A DNA stretch of 32,000 nucleotides. It comes from Candidatus Scalindua sp. (lineage in GTDB: Bacteria > Planctomycetota > Brocadiia > Brocadiales > Scalinduaceae). Location: positions 3,480,001-3,512,000 of the forward strand of contig JALDRA010000001.1 of assembly GCA_031316235.1 (NCBI GenBank), written 5' to 3'. Position numbers and translations under genes: made by a program. Position 1 is the first letter of the stretch; each line of letters opens with the position of its first letter. Shown in pieces: positions 18,701 to 27,876 of this stretch. The notes under the pieces are model-generated. The model was not told the DNA's origin. It did not search any database and was given only the letters and a program-made list of their open reading frames with translations.

Positions 18701-19239
18701 CTACGGGAATTCTTCCGGAATTATCAGACGGTGCGGAAATCTTTTTGGGAGGAGTACTTGAAAGTATAAAGATTACGACTACAAAAAAAGGTGCTCCGAT
18801 TGCCTATTTTGCGATTGAGGATGGAGAAGGAGTTGTGAAGTGTGTGCTCTTTAAGGATAATCTGGCAACCCAGAAAGATCTTCTCCAGACTGATGAAGTA
18901 GTTTTTATTAAAGGCAACGTAAGCTTCAGAGACACTGAACCTTCTATCAGAGTTACAAGCATTGTCCTTGCAAAAGAGCTGGAGAAGTCGGCAAAAAGGG
19001 GTACTTCTCAGGATGCAACAATCACCCTGAACTACTCACAAATTAATGACAACCTTCTCTATCGGTTAAAGGATATTTTGTTGGAAAATAACGGGGAGTG
19101 CCCGGTTTACATAGAATTTGAGATCCCGAGCAAAGAAGTGGTGAAGATAAAGACTTCAGAAAAATATTTTGTATCATTGACAGATAAAGTTCGTACACAA
19201 TTAAGCGATCTTATCGGAGCGGGATGCTTGGTCAGCTAA
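15778..19239 (+). CDS. dnaE: DNA polymerase III alpha subunit
   Basis: PHP domain start FVHLHVHSEYSLLDG, polymerase core, and a C-terminal OB fold. The ATG at 15778 has a gaaggag SD 10 nt upstream. It overlaps the preceding gene by 11 nt. Confidence 0.95.
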   Translation: MKNDFVHLHVHSEYSLLDGACRIRDLIDRAKSLKMNSLALTDHGNMFGTIKFYECAREKGIKPVIGFETYVTPESRLKKEGGKGDLYHVTLLAENNDGYKNLLKLTTASYLDGFYYKPRIDKEILNQHSDGIICLSGCMQSEINQHFLKGNSDKAFESATQYKDIFGVDNFYIELQDNNIEGQGGLVKKGMALSKELGLQTVVTNDVHYMNPEDAYAHDVLLCINTGRTLNESNRMRFTSNEFYFKTRKQMEENFRELPEALSNTVKISDRCNVELNFHEMHLPRFVVDEKSPCYKPGITNPEFLREICRSGAREIYQTISPEINERLEHELKVIEETGFVDYFLIVGDFIDFANRTHIPATGRGSGAGSLVAYVLGITNVDPIKYDLLFERFLNAERLSMPDLDIDFCAEGREKVIQYVRQKYGGDSNVAQIITFGRMKAKGVIRDVGRVMNIPLFVVDKVAKLIPPTLGISLKDALKQEPELKALYENDKQIKELFDISAKLEGLSRHASTHAAGVVVSDEPLTNYIPLAKNKDTVITQFDGETLVEKIGLLKADFLGVRKFTVIDKATKLIKATTGKEIDVSKIPLDDRKTYTLLSLGDVKGVFQVETSSGFRDLLLKLKPDKFEDILPLVALYRPGPLQSGMVDTFINCRHGREEVSYLHPKLEPLLKETYGLIVYQEQVMRIANRLGGFSLNEADNLRKAMGKKKPEVMAKFKNQFIEGAVHREISKEVAVKIFELMEYFAGYGFNKSHSAAYAMICYQTAYLKANFPTQYMAAQMTCEKQNNDKIVDYMNECRRMGIEVLPPSINESYSDFTMISENRILCGLGVIKNVGEKAIESIISARKMDGKFTSIYDFCERIDLRLVNKQVIESLVKAGCFSELPGHGAQFLEGIETLLQLGNRLNRDRRMGQMTLFGNMGDDMGSGEYHHLPEIERWSEKELLKAEKDALGFYVTSHPLKRYEALIKKHSNTSTGILPELSDGAEIFLGGVLESIKITTTKKGAPIAYFAIEDGEGVVKCVLFKDNLATQKDLLQTDEVVFIKGNVSFRDTEPSIRVTSIVLAKELEKSAKRGTSQDATITLNYSQINDNLLYRLKDILLENNGECPVYIEFEIPSKEVVKIKTSEKYFVSLTDKVRTQLSDLIGAGCLVS

Positions 19240-19246
19240 TGCGCTT

Positions 19247-19274
19247 TATACTAAACCAAATCGGTTTTAGTATA
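19247..19274. repeat. Solo terminal fragment of the repeat family (copy C), forming a hairpin between the dnaE stop and the transposase-remnant stop
   Basis: tatactaaaccaaatcggttttagtata matches the tatactaaa(a/g)cc.at..g terminus of copies A and B. It is self-complementary: an 11-bp stem with one bulge and loop aaatc. Confidence 0.7.
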
Positions 19275-19600
19275 TCAATTATTTATATCCATATTGACAT
19301 GAAGCAGCCCTGTCAAGAGCATGCTTAAATTACAATAAAAAGCATGAACATGCAGCTTTTGATCTGTCCAGTGATAGGGAGGTTGAAAGGAAAAGGAGAG
19401 GTGCTCTCGGTCTTTGCTGTTCTGGAAGTATCTCTCAACTTCAGATTGTCCGTGATAGCCCAATATAATCTCGGCATTGCTCCAGTCGTGTCGATTTGTA
19501 AAAAGAAGGGTTCGTCAGAAGTGACCGTCAATCAATTCCTGCAATGCATCTCGATTGAGAAAATAAGTAAGAATTGGTCGATATAATTTTTTTTTCAGAT
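19275..19600 (-). pseudogene. C-terminal remnant of an IS4-superfamily (IS1634-like) DDE transposase
   Basis: The - strand reads YFLNRDALQELIDGHF*RTLLFTNRHDWSNAEIILGYHGQSEVERYFQNSKD...PYHWTDQKLHVHAFYCNLSMLLTGLL*. It carries a Y-2-Q-3-E-6-K motif resembling the IS4 Y(2)R(3)E(6)K signature. There is an in-frame TGA, and the N-terminal ~400 aa are absent. Confidence 0.6.
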
Positions 19601-19882
19601 GTTGCGGGGATACTATATCCGATACTTTTTTCTTAACAGATGATAAGGTTGCTTTTGGTAGTTCGCCCCGTTTAAGTTTTCTAGATAAGGCTTATAATTT
19701 GACAATGGCTTTGGCCTGAGAGGTAACAACAGATTGGATTTGTTTGACCGCAAAACTTGCAGAGTGCTCCAAAACAGCAGTTCCCATTCATCACCGAGTA
19801 TTTCTTTTTTGTCCCTGAAGGCCATTTTGGATTTATGAATTACGATTTAAGTGATTCTATATTTGGTAATTATAGTACAATT

Positions 19883-20125
19883 TTAAGCAACTTCCAGAGA
19901 ACGAACATTGAATATTTCATTTTCGGTTAACGGTTCAATTGCCGATTCAGGTAGAGTTATAACGGCTATTGTGTTTCCAAGTACATCGAATACTTCCAAT
20001 GAATAACCATCTTCACCATTTGAGACGGGATGATGATCCACGATAGTTGCAACGTCTCCCTTTTTTAATCTTTTTTCAGGAATATCTTTTGTCAGAACGA
20101 TTTCATTAAATAATTTATATTCCAC
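19883..20125 (-). CDS. DUF4926-family small protein (antitoxin-like partner of DUF6883 proteins)
   Basis: 80 aa: FNEIVLTKDIPEKRLKKGDVATIVDHH...GYSLEVFDVLGNTIAVITLPESAIEPL. GTG start with an aaggag SD 9 nt upstream. Confidence 0.7.
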   Translation of the reverse strand: MEYKLFNEIVLTKDIPEKRLKKGDVATIVDHHPVSNGEDGYSLEVFDVLGNTIAVITLPESAIEPLTENEIFNVRSLEVA

Positions 20126-20129
20126 CTTA

Positions 20130-20330
20130 TTACTCCTTTTTATCCGGATACATTGTGATAAATTTGTTTATACCTGTTTCTGTTTCTACCATCCAGATTG
20201 TACAAACAGAAAGACTTATTCCATTAGGACCGGTAAGTTTTCCTTTAATTTAAAAGTTGACCATATTCCGTTTCTTCTATAGGTGCAACTTTGTAGGGAA
20301 ATATAACAAACATTTATTTATGACAACAAC
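20130..20330 (-). pseudogene. Degenerate DUF6883-like gene remnant upstream of the DUF4926 gene
   Basis: The - strand reads ...INKCLLYFPTKLHL*KKRNMVNF*IKGKLTGPNGISLSVCTIWMVETETGINKFITMYPDKKE**. The C-terminal T.W.V....FIT.YP pattern resembles DUF6883 C-termini. It has two in-frame stops and is shortened. Confidence 0.4.
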
Positions 20331-20361
20331 CCCACATCACTCTATGTGATATAGTTTTATT

Positions 20362-21100
20362 GTGCGTTAAGAATTGCATAAAACTTGATGGAAAAACCAC
20401 ACATCATTAAAGTCAAGAACAAAAAGGAATTCACCAGGACGCAAAGAAAAGATAATGGGATACAAATTAAAACCGAATTTTGGAAGAGAACGAGGTCACC
20501 CATTTTGTGCCAAGAACAAGCAATTGAGTGCGTAGCACGAAAATTGCTTGATGCTGTACGAAAGATGAAGCAGGTCGGAGCAGCCGATAAGGCTGCACTC
20601 TTGCCGGTGAAAGTCCGGTTATACCGATTGCCCAGTTCGGGTATATAGCGATACCACGGCCTGGGGCAAGTAATCAACCAGGAGGTTGCGTGGTGTATAA
20701 GGCTTCGCTGCCCAGGATTTTCAAATAGAGAATCAAAGGGTGGGTGCAATCAGGAAGTCGAGCAAGTATGGGGGTTTGAACAAAAAGAAATATCTGCAGT
20801 CTCGTTATCATCTCCCTATGGAAATTGCATTGCAGGGATAAGTCTGTGTGCCAAACCTTTGGCCTGCCAGGTGAGGCAGATGTTCTCAGAGAAGAAATGG
20901 GTATGAGCATCTGGGAAATGCAGCGGGATAGGGGATCAGGCAACCATACAAGGAGTGCAGAGATAACGTCGGGAAGGTCCTATTTTCAGCAGGGTTGACA
21001 ACAACCTGCAAAGACCGTCCAGGATAAGTTATCGCGAAAATTGGCAGAGGATTCAGGATTGGCGTATGAGGTAGTATGAGTGACAATTAGAAATCCCGGT
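20362..21100 (+). mobile_element. Putative 5' (domain I-IV) fragment of a group II intron ribozyme, lacking the RT ORF and domains V/VI
   Basis: GTGCG occurs at 20362 and again at 20528. A purine-rich, more GC-rich tract has no credible ORF. ccggtgaaagtccgg lies at 20604-20618. A tetraloop-receptor-like cctatgg...gggataag lies at 20815-20842. All of this is pattern recognition only. Confidence 0.4.
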
Positions 21101-21138
21101 ACAAGAACCTGTTAATATAGAAATAACAGACGTGTATA

Positions 21139-21195
21139 ATTATACTCATCTCATACTGGATTTCGGATAAGATCAGAGAAAAAATTGAACGATAC
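21139..21195 (+). repeat. Truncated left-end fragment of the repeat family (copy D)
   Basis: attatactcatctcatactggatttcggataagatcagagaaaaaattgaacgatac aligns with the first ~55 nt of copy A (reverse complement) and copy E. The rest of the element is missing. Confidence 0.65.
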
Positions 21196-21559
21196 TTGAT
21201 AATTATCAGTACGATGTCATTTATAATTAGTAGTTTATCCAGAAAGTTGATACAATCTGTCAGGTGAATCATAACTTGCAGGGGGTGTTTTCCAGAGAGC
21301 TTTTGCTATACGGTCTCTAGGGAAAAGAGCCCCTGTGTTACTCCCTGTTTTTTTGCCGTTCGTACAGCGGCTATGGTATTGCGCATTGACAGCACTCTCA
21401 TGCACGAAGCGCGGCTCATGCCCACTATTTGCAGCACTTTGGTATTAGAGAGAAACTGTTTCCTGGCAGAGGCGGGAGGGGAAGATGGCACAGTCGGCGG
21501 TACAGGAACTATCTATGCAACGTCAAGCGGTGAACGTAAACAACCTTATATTCCAGGTC

Positions 21560-21589
21560 TTGACAATGCAAAAGTACTACGCATAGTAT
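21560..21589 (+). promoter_or_regulatory. Candidate sigma70 promoter upstream of the TPR gene
   Basis: TTGACA (21560-21565), an 18-nt spacer, then TAGTAT (21584-21589). Confidence 0.35.
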
Positions 21590-21770
21590 CAACTTGAAAC
21601 GGTATATCATTCTCATAACATAAGTATTTACCTAAGCATATTTACCTCAAATACAGTGAAATATGAGAATTGTTACCTGTCAAGGAACAGAAAAACATGG
21701 AATCTTCAGTTTTTTAAGAGTTTCTGAGAGAAATTCAAGGAATTAAAACCCTGCTTATAGAGAGAGGATT

Positions 21771-22628
21771 GTGACAATGAGGAGAGGAGTAAATATTTCA
21801 AAGTATCGGCACTTCAACAGGACTAAAGTTTTTTGGATGGTAGTCTTCTTACTATTACTTGCGATACCTGCATATGCCCAGGAGGAATTGTGGGAAGAAC
21901 TGAACAGTAAGGCTGCAGAACTTATGCAGGAGAGAAGATATGCAGATGCAATCAAAGTGGGAGAAAGGGCACTGAAGGTTGCGGAAGAAACCTTTGATTC
22001 CAACCATCCCTGTATTGCTACTTCCAAGAATTTGTTGGGAACACTGTATCGAACCTACGGCAGGTTTTCAGAAGCGGAACCTCTGTTCAGGCAGTCTCTC
22101 ACTATCTATAAGGAAGGACTCGGATTAGATCATCCCAATGTTGCCATGGTTCTGCAGAGTCTGGCAGATATGTATCTTGCTCAAGACAAATATGAAGAAG
22201 CGGAACCCCTCTACAAGCAATCACTTCGTATATATGAAAATGCATTTGGTTCAGACCACCCCAGTGTTGTTGCTGCACTAAACAGTCTTGGAGGGCTCTT
22301 TCAAGATCAGAAGAAATACAGTGCTGCGGTACCGCTTTATGAACGTGCATTGAGTATCGAAGAAAAGACCCTGGGATCAGATCATCCCGATATTGCCACA
22401 TCATTAAACAATCTGGCAACACTCAATTATTACCTGGGGGACAACACTAAAGCCGAGTCTTTTTATAAAAGGGCACTTGAATTATATGAAAATGTGTATG
22501 GTAAAGATCACCCCTTTGTTGCAACTGTTCTGTTAAACATGGTGAATTTTTATAAGGGAACCGGAAATAAAGAAAAAGCAGATGAATTGACAGAAAGAGT
22601 AAAAAAAATTCAGTCAAGATACGAGTGA
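21771..22628 (+). CDS. Secreted tetratricopeptide-repeat (TPR_10/12-type) protein
   Basis: Signal peptide VFWMVVFLLLLAIPAYA-QE, then repeated ...AEPLY(K/R)(Q/R)(S/A)L.I.E..(L/F)G.DHP.VA..LNNLA units. The ATG at 21777 (agagagga SD) is likelier than the GTG at 21771. Confidence 0.85.
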   Translation: MTMRRGVNISKYRHFNRTKVFWMVVFLLLLAIPAYAQEELWEELNSKAAELMQERRYADAIKVGERALKVAEETFDSNHPCIATSKNLLGTLYRTYGRFSEAEPLFRQSLTIYKEGLGLDHPNVAMVLQSLADMYLAQDKYEEAEPLYKQSLRIYENAFGSDHPSVVAALNSLGGLFQDQKKYSAAVPLYERALSIEEKTLGSDHPDIATSLNNLATLNYYLGDNTKAESFYKRALELYENVYGKDHPFVATVLLNMVNFYKGTGNKEKADELTERVKKIQSRYE

Positions 22629-22889
22629 TGGGAAGGGATAGTGTGTGAAGCATCTCTGTAATCTGCTTTTTTGGGAGTGGGGTAGTTGAAGAATGTATAG
22701 TCTTCGCAACCTTTTACTGATAACTGAAATTTTAGGCGGGAAATAAAAATACCCTCCTGAGGGAAGCACGTTTTTTTATGAAAATTTCAATTGACGACAA
22801 AAGAATTAAAAGCAATAATACCCTGCTGGTTTATAAGTAAATTATGGAACTGACCTGATCTTCTCTAATTCTGTTATTCTCATTCTCTC

Positions 22890-23603
22890 TTGAATAATTT
22901 GCGGGTTGTCGATAGCTGGAATTTGTTGTTAAATTCGGATAATAGGATGTTAGAAATTCAAAAATTACAAGTCGGTCCCTTAGCATCATGTTGTTACATT
23001 ATCTCTTCCGGAGGATCGCCTGAAGCCATGGTGATTGATCCGGGGGGTGATGCCGATCAGATAATCAAACTCCTGGATGGAAAAGGGTTGAAACTAACTA
23101 TTGTAATCAATACCCATGGCCATGGGGACCATATTGGTGCCAATAAGGAGTTAAAGAGGGTGTTTCCGGAATCCAAGATCTGCATCCATCAGGATGATGC
23201 GGAAATGCTGACAGATCCCTTTAAAAATCTTTCCCTTTTGGGTGGAGTGCGCTACTCTTCCCCGCCTGCAGATAGGATTCTGTCTCACCGTGATAAGGTA
23301 ATATTTGATACCTATACCTTTGAAATAATACATCTTCCTGGCCATACACCGGGAGGAATAGGTGTTTACGTTGATCGATCAAGTGATGGTGAAGTACCCG
23401 TTCTTTTTTCGGGCGATACCCTTCTGGAGGGCGGTATTGGCAGAACCAACTTACCCGGTGGGAGCCATAACCTGATAGTTCAGTCCATAACTCGCTGCAT
23501 ATTTACCCTAAGCGAAAAAACGATTGTTAACCCGGGGCATGGTTCCTCTACAACGGTAGAAACTGAAAAGGGGAGATTGTATTTTCTTGAGAATGACCTC
23601 TGA
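22890..23603 (+). CDS. MBL-fold metallo-hydrolase (glyoxalase II-like)
   Basis: Contains the HGHGDH zinc motif, HLPGHTPG and SGDTL. The probable true start is the ATG at 22947 (MLEIQKLQVGPL). Confidence 0.85.
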   Translation: MNNLRVVDSWNLLLNSDNRMLEIQKLQVGPLASCCYIISSGGSPEAMVIDPGGDADQIIKLLDGKGLKLTIVINTHGHGDHIGANKELKRVFPESKICIHQDDAEMLTDPFKNLSLLGGVRYSSPPADRILSHRDKVIFDTYTFEIIHLPGHTPGGIGVYVDRSSDGEVPVLFSGDTLLEGGIGRTNLPGGSHNLIVQSITRCIFTLSEKTIVNPGHGSSTTVETEKGRLYFLENDL

Positions 23604-23738
23604 CATTGAAAGACCTGTGCTCCTTATCACTGAAATTGGGTATGGATCTTTGAAACGGGAAAACAGTGTTTTAGCCACGAGTCTTTTAGTTCGGCAGAAA
23701 TCAAGTATATTACGTGAACAGGAAAAGTAAGGATCAAA

Positions 23739-26225
23739 ATGATTGAAAACAAGGGAAATATAAAAGACATTGCCATTGAAGATGAGATGAAGGATTCGTA
23801 TCTGATCTTTGCAATGAGCGTGATCATGAGCAGGGCGTTGCCTGACATCCGTGATGGATTGAAACCGTCACAAAGGAGAATACTCGTTGCAATGAACGAT
23901 CTTAATCTCGGGCCGGCAGCTAAATATAGAAAATGTGCGAAGATCTGCGGGGATACCACGGGTAATTATCATCCGCATGGTGAACAGGTGGTGTATCCCA
24001 CTCTTGTACGGATGGCTCAAGACTTTAACTTCAGATATACCCTGATAGATGGCCAGGGTAATTTTGGTTCTATCGATGGTGATCCTCCAGCAGCAATGCG
24101 ATATACTGAGGCCAAAATGACCAGTGTGACGGTTGAAATGATGGAGAATCTGAAACAGGATACAGTTGATTATGCACCCAACTATGATGAGACTCGTCTG
24201 GAACCGGTTGTCCTTCCTTCAAAGTTCCCGAATCTTCTGTGTAACGGGAGTTCCGGTATCGCGGTGGGAATGGCTACCAGCATCCCACCTCATAATGTTA
24301 TTGAAATATGTGATGGAATAATAAAACTTATCGAAAATCCGGATGTTACCATTGATGAACTTATGGAGATCATAAAAGGGCCGGATTTTCCTACAGGGGC
24401 ATTAATCTGTGGAAAGAGTGGTATCAGGGAAGGGTACATGACAGGGCGCGGTACAATTACGGTTCGTGCAAAAACTCACATTGAAACGGCAAAGAGCGGT
24501 AAAACGAGTATTGTGGTAACGGAAATACCCTATCAGCTTAACAGAGACAGGATAATTGAAAGAATTGCTGAGGCAGTAAAGAATGATCAAATTAAGGGGA
24601 TAACAGACGTTCGGAACGAAAGTGACAGACATGGCAGCAGGATTGTCATTGACTTGAAAAAAGGCGAACTTGAAGAGGTTGTCTTGAATCAACTCTACAA
24701 ACACACAAAGTTGCAGGATTCTTACAGTATCATCATGATAGCCCTGAAAGATAATCGCCCTCAGACGTTAAATCTGAAGCAGATGCTTGAAGCCTATATC
24801 GATCATCGAAAGATTGTAATTCAACGCAGGACACGTTTTTTATTAGCGCGTGCTGAAGAACGGCTCCACATACTCGAAGGGCTGAGGATAGCACTCAATA
24901 ATATTGATGAGGTAATCCAGCTCATTAAATCCTCCAGAAATACCGAGGAGGCAAGGAGTGCATTGATAGCTACATTTTCTTTATCCGAGATACAGGCAAA
25001 TGCAATCCTCGATATGAGGCTTCAACGTTTAACAAATCTTGAACAGGCCAAGATAGAAGAGGAATATGAAAAAGTTTGTGCGAATATAGAGGAATTAAAG
25101 GCTATTCTTGCAGATGAACGGTTGGTCTTGGATATTATCAGAGAGGATTTATTCGAAATTAGGGAGAAATACGGCGATAAGCGCAAGTCTGAAATCATAG
25201 CCCCAATTGGTGGATTTGAGATGGAAGATCTTATCTCCGAGGAAGAGGTAACGGTTATTGTAACTCACGAAGGATATATCAAGAGGTTGCCTTTAAGTAA
25301 TTATCGAACACAACATCGAGGCGGAAAAGGGGTTACCGGTGCAGATATGAAGGAAAGCGATTTCGTTGAACATCTTTTCATCGCTTCCACGCACGACTAT
25401 ATCCTCTTCTTTACAGACTTGGGGAAAGTGTTCTGGCAAAAGGTGTATGGTATCCCGCAGCTGGGAAGAACAACAAGGGGGAGGGCAATTGTTAATATCT
25501 TAAACTTACAGAAGGATGAAAATGTTACTTCGATGATACCTGTCCGTGAGTTTGACGATAGGCAGTTGGTTATGGCAACTCAGATGGGAACGATAAAAAA
25601 GACAATTCTCAGCGCCTTTGGACGCCCCAAAAAAGATGGTATTATCGCTATCCGTCTTGATAAAGGAGATAAGCTTATTGGCGTCAAGCTAACGCAAGGT
25701 GATCAGGATATCATGCTTGGGACTGAGAAGGGGAAGGCTATACGGTTTGCAGGAAATGATATCCGGACAACGGGGAGAGCAACCCGGGGTGTAAGAGGTA
25801 TTAAGCTGCAAAAAAGCGACAACGTTGTAGACCTTGTTACGGTTGATACAGATGCAACCCTCTTGACGGTGTGTGAAAATGGATACGGCAAAAGGACAAG
25901 TTATAGTGAATACCATGTGCAAAGAAGAGGTGGGAAGGGAGTCATTAACATGAAAACATCGGAGAGAAACGGAAATGTTGTAGCTATAAAGAATGTAAGG
26001 GACGACGATGCCCTTATGATGATGACGGCAAAAGGGATGATAATCAGAACAGCCATTAAGACCATGAGGACCATTGGACGCAATACGCAGGGAGTGAGAC
26101 TGATATCGTTGGAAAAAGGTGACAAACTGGTGTCTGTTGCTCCTGCCCTGCATGAGGATAAAGATGAGCTGCTGCCGGAGGATAATGACACAACTGTTGA
26201 GAAGGATACGGATGCTGCAGAATAG
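23739..26225 (+). CDS. gyrA: DNA gyrase subunit A
   Basis: [25 protein letters not shown], the active-site region [10 protein letters not shown], and C-terminal beta-pinwheel repeats with an acidic tail. Confidence 0.95.
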   Translation: MIENKGNIKDIAIEDEMKDSYLIFAMSVIMSRALPDIRDGLKPSQRRILVAMNDLNLGPAAKYRKCAKICGDTTGNYHPHGEQVVYPTLVRMAQDFNFRYTLIDGQGNFGSIDGDPPAAMRYTEAKMTSVTVEMMENLKQDTVDYAPNYDETRLEPVVLPSKFPNLLCNGSSGIAVGMATSIPPHNVIEICDGIIKLIENPDVTIDELMEIIKGPDFPTGALICGKSGIREGYMTGRGTITVRAKTHIETAKSGKTSIVVTEIPYQLNRDRIIERIAEAVKNDQIKGITDVRNESDRHGSRIVIDLKKGELEEVVLNQLYKHTKLQDSYSIIMIALKDNRPQTLNLKQMLEAYIDHRKIVIQRRTRFLLARAEERLHILEGLRIALNNIDEVIQLIKSSRNTEEARSALIATFSLSEIQANAILDMRLQRLTNLEQAKIEEEYEKVCANIEELKAILADERLVLDIIREDLFEIREKYGDKRKSEIIAPIGGFEMEDLISEEEVTVIVTHEGYIKRLPLSNYRTQHRGGKGVTGADMKESDFVEHLFIASTHDYILFFTDLGKVFWQKVYGIPQLGRTTRGRAIVNILNLQKDENVTSMIPVREFDDRQLVMATQMGTIKKTILSAFGRPKKDGIIAIRLDKGDKLIGVKLTQGDQDIMLGTEKGKAIRFAGNDIRTTGRATRGVRGIKLQKSDNVVDLVTVDTDATLLTVCENGYGKRTSYSEYHVQRRGGKGVINMKTSERNGNVVAIKNVRDDDALMMMTAKGMIIRTAIKTMRTIGRNTQGVRLISLEKGDKLVSVAPALHEDKDELLPEDNDTTVEKDTDAAE

Positions 26226-26382
26226 ATCATATCTGGTCAAGCTCGTTGTTTCCCTCATCTATTTGACGGTTGAGCGAAAACTACCTGTCTAATGTGTCTC
26301 GGTAACGAATTCGTAATCCTCAAGTACAGTACAACTTTCCGGTTGCGAAATTGCTACTCGTCTTGTATTCGGGCAGTTCTGG

Positions 26383-27876
26383 TTGAACCGCGATACGATC
26401 AACCTGATCGTTACAACCGGCGGAAAAAGGTGCTGCGTAATGCAAAAAGCAAAAACAATAAAGGAACTCAAAGAGTCTCAATATAAGGTATTATCCGTCA
26501 AAGATGAAATCAGAAAAAACCTTATCACCCGGTTAAGGGAAAATAAAGAGTTGTTTCCCGGTATTATCGGATATGACCATACGGTTATTCCCCAGATTGA
26601 AAATGCAATCCTCTCTAAGCATGATCTTTTACTCCTTGGCCTTCGAGGGCAGGCGAAGACAAGACTTCTGCGAAGTTTAACACAACTCCTGGATAAGGAG
26701 ATTCCCATCATCAAGGGGTGCGAGATAAATGATAATCCCTTCCATCCTGTTTGTAAAACATGTCATGATAAAGTTAAGGAGCATGGTGACTATACCGAAA
26801 TAGTATGGTTATCCCGCGAGAACAGGTATAGAGAAAAACTAGCGACTCCTGATGTCACGGTAGCTGATTTAATTGGTGAGGTAGATATTATTAAAGTTGC
26901 TGAAGGCAGATACCTTTCAAACGAAACAACAATGCATTTCGGCCTCATCCCAAGAACGAACAGGGGTATATTTGCCATAAACGAGCTACCGGATCTTTCT
27001 CAAAAGATACAGGTAAGTTTGTTTAATATATTACAGGAAAGAGACATACAAATAAGAGGATATCCTGTCAGGCTATCACTTGATGTCATGATTGTCTGTT
27101 CTGCTAATCCTGAAGATTATACAAATAGAGGGAGAATTGTTACACCGCTTAAAGATAGAATTGGTTCGGTAGTGACAACCCATTATCCTCTGACGAGAGA
27201 AGATGGAATAAAAATTATAGAGCAGAATGCCTGGATTGATCGGGAGGATGGTATTACCGTTGTCGTACCGAGGTTTATGAAGGAAATTACTGAGGAAATT
27301 TCCCATATTGCACGGGCCAGTCAAGAGATAAACCAATCATCAGGAGTGAGCGCAAGGATGTCAATCTGTAATTATGAAGTACTCATCAGTAATGCAGAAC
27401 GACGGGCAATAAAGACGGGTGAAGCGTTTGCCGTTCCAAGAATCAGCGACCTGAGATATATATGCAGCGCTTCAAGAGGGAAAATAGAACTTGATCCGAC
27501 TATTGATGACAACCAGAATGAGGACGTAATTCGCAAAATAACGAGGGAGGCTGTTTTAAAGATCTTCAATCAGTATTTTTCGATTGATGCATATCAGGAA
27601 GAGATAAAAAAGCTTGGTAACAGGACCTATTTTGTTTCTGATGTCATACCTTCTGAAGACTACCTGAAGCTTTTATCTCAGGACAAAGAGATTGAAAAAA
27701 TGATACATGCGTTACAAAATGAAATGAAAAACGATTCACACGGGAAAGAGGCTCTAGCGTCGATTTCTGCCTCTTTGATTGAATTCCTGCTCGAAGGTCT
27801 GCATGCAAATAAAAAGCTGAACAAGGACATGTGTGCAGGAAAAGCAGTGTATAAAAGGAAAAGGATTGAGTTGTGA
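26383..27876 (+). CDS. ChlI/Mg-chelatase-like AAA+ ATPase of unknown function
   Basis: Modified Walker A LLLGLRGQAKTRLLRSL and a Walker B-like FAINELPDL. Its stop overlaps the VWA gene start (GTGA). The probable start is the ATG at 26440 (MQKAKTIKELK). Confidence 0.75.
   Translation: MNRDTINLIVTTGGKRCCVMQKAKTIKELKESQYKVLSVKDEIRKNLITRLRENKELFPGIIGYDHTVIPQIENAILSKHDLLLLGLRGQAKTRLLRSLTQLLDKEIPIIKGCEINDNPFHPVCKTCHDKVKEHGDYTEIVWLSRENRYREKLATPDVTVADLIGEVDIIKVAEGRYLSNETTMHFGLIPRTNRGIFAINELPDLSQKIQVSLFNILQERDIQIRGYPVRLSLDVMIVCSANPEDYTNRGRIVTPLKDRIGSVVTTHYPLTREDGIKIIEQNAWIDREDGITVVVPRFMKEITEEISHIARASQEINQSSGVSARMSICNYEVLISNAERRAIKTGEAFAVPRISDLRYICSASRGKIELDPTIDDNQNEDVIRKITREAVLKIFNQYFSIDAYQEEIKKLGNRTYFVSDVIPSEDYLKLLSQDKEIEKMIHALQNEMKNDSHGKEALASISASLIEFLLEGLHANKKLNKDMCAGKAVYKRKRIEL

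Noticed and set aside
19613-19825. 70-aa - strand ORF downstream of the DUF4926 gene as a possible toxin gene
   Set aside because: It has no recognisable motif or SD. It lies in the decayed region adjacent to the transposase remnant, and coding status cannot be supported from sequence alone.
20604-20618. The ggtgaaagtccgg motif as a sign of RNase P RNA (GGAAAGUCCGG) or a cobalamin riboswitch (GGUGAAAAUCC)
   Set aside because: The flanking conserved blocks of RNase P (ACAGAAA, GGGUAAAC context) and the B12 box (GCCACUG) are absent. No downstream gene fits a riboswitch.
20385-20648. 87-aa + strand ORF, plus 130-aa, 89-aa and 66-aa - strand ORFs, across 20357-21086
   Set aside because: Their compositions are K/R-rich or Pro/Ser-rich and not protein-like, with no SD. 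The region looks like structured RNA (a group II intron-like fragment) rather than coding sequence.
21087-21272. 61-aa - strand ORF (MIHLTDCINFLDKLLIINDIV...)
   Set aside because: It is an extremely AT-rich, Ile/Leu/Asn-biased translation that spans repeat fragment D. It is most likely a chance ORF.
21290-21560. Search for group II intron domain V/VI or an RT/maturase remnant downstream of the putative intron fragment
   Set aside because: There is no 34-nt AGC-containing GNRA hairpin on either strand. ORFs 21306-21491 (-) and 21373-21597 (+) show no RT or X-domain motifs. The region is left unassigned.
25689-26258. 189-aa and other - strand ORFs inside gyrA, with similar antisense ORFs inside dnaE, the hyd genes, the kinases and the AAA+/VWA genes
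   Set aside because: All lie fully within strongly supported + strand genes. None has domain-like sequence, so they are typical antisense shadow ORFs.
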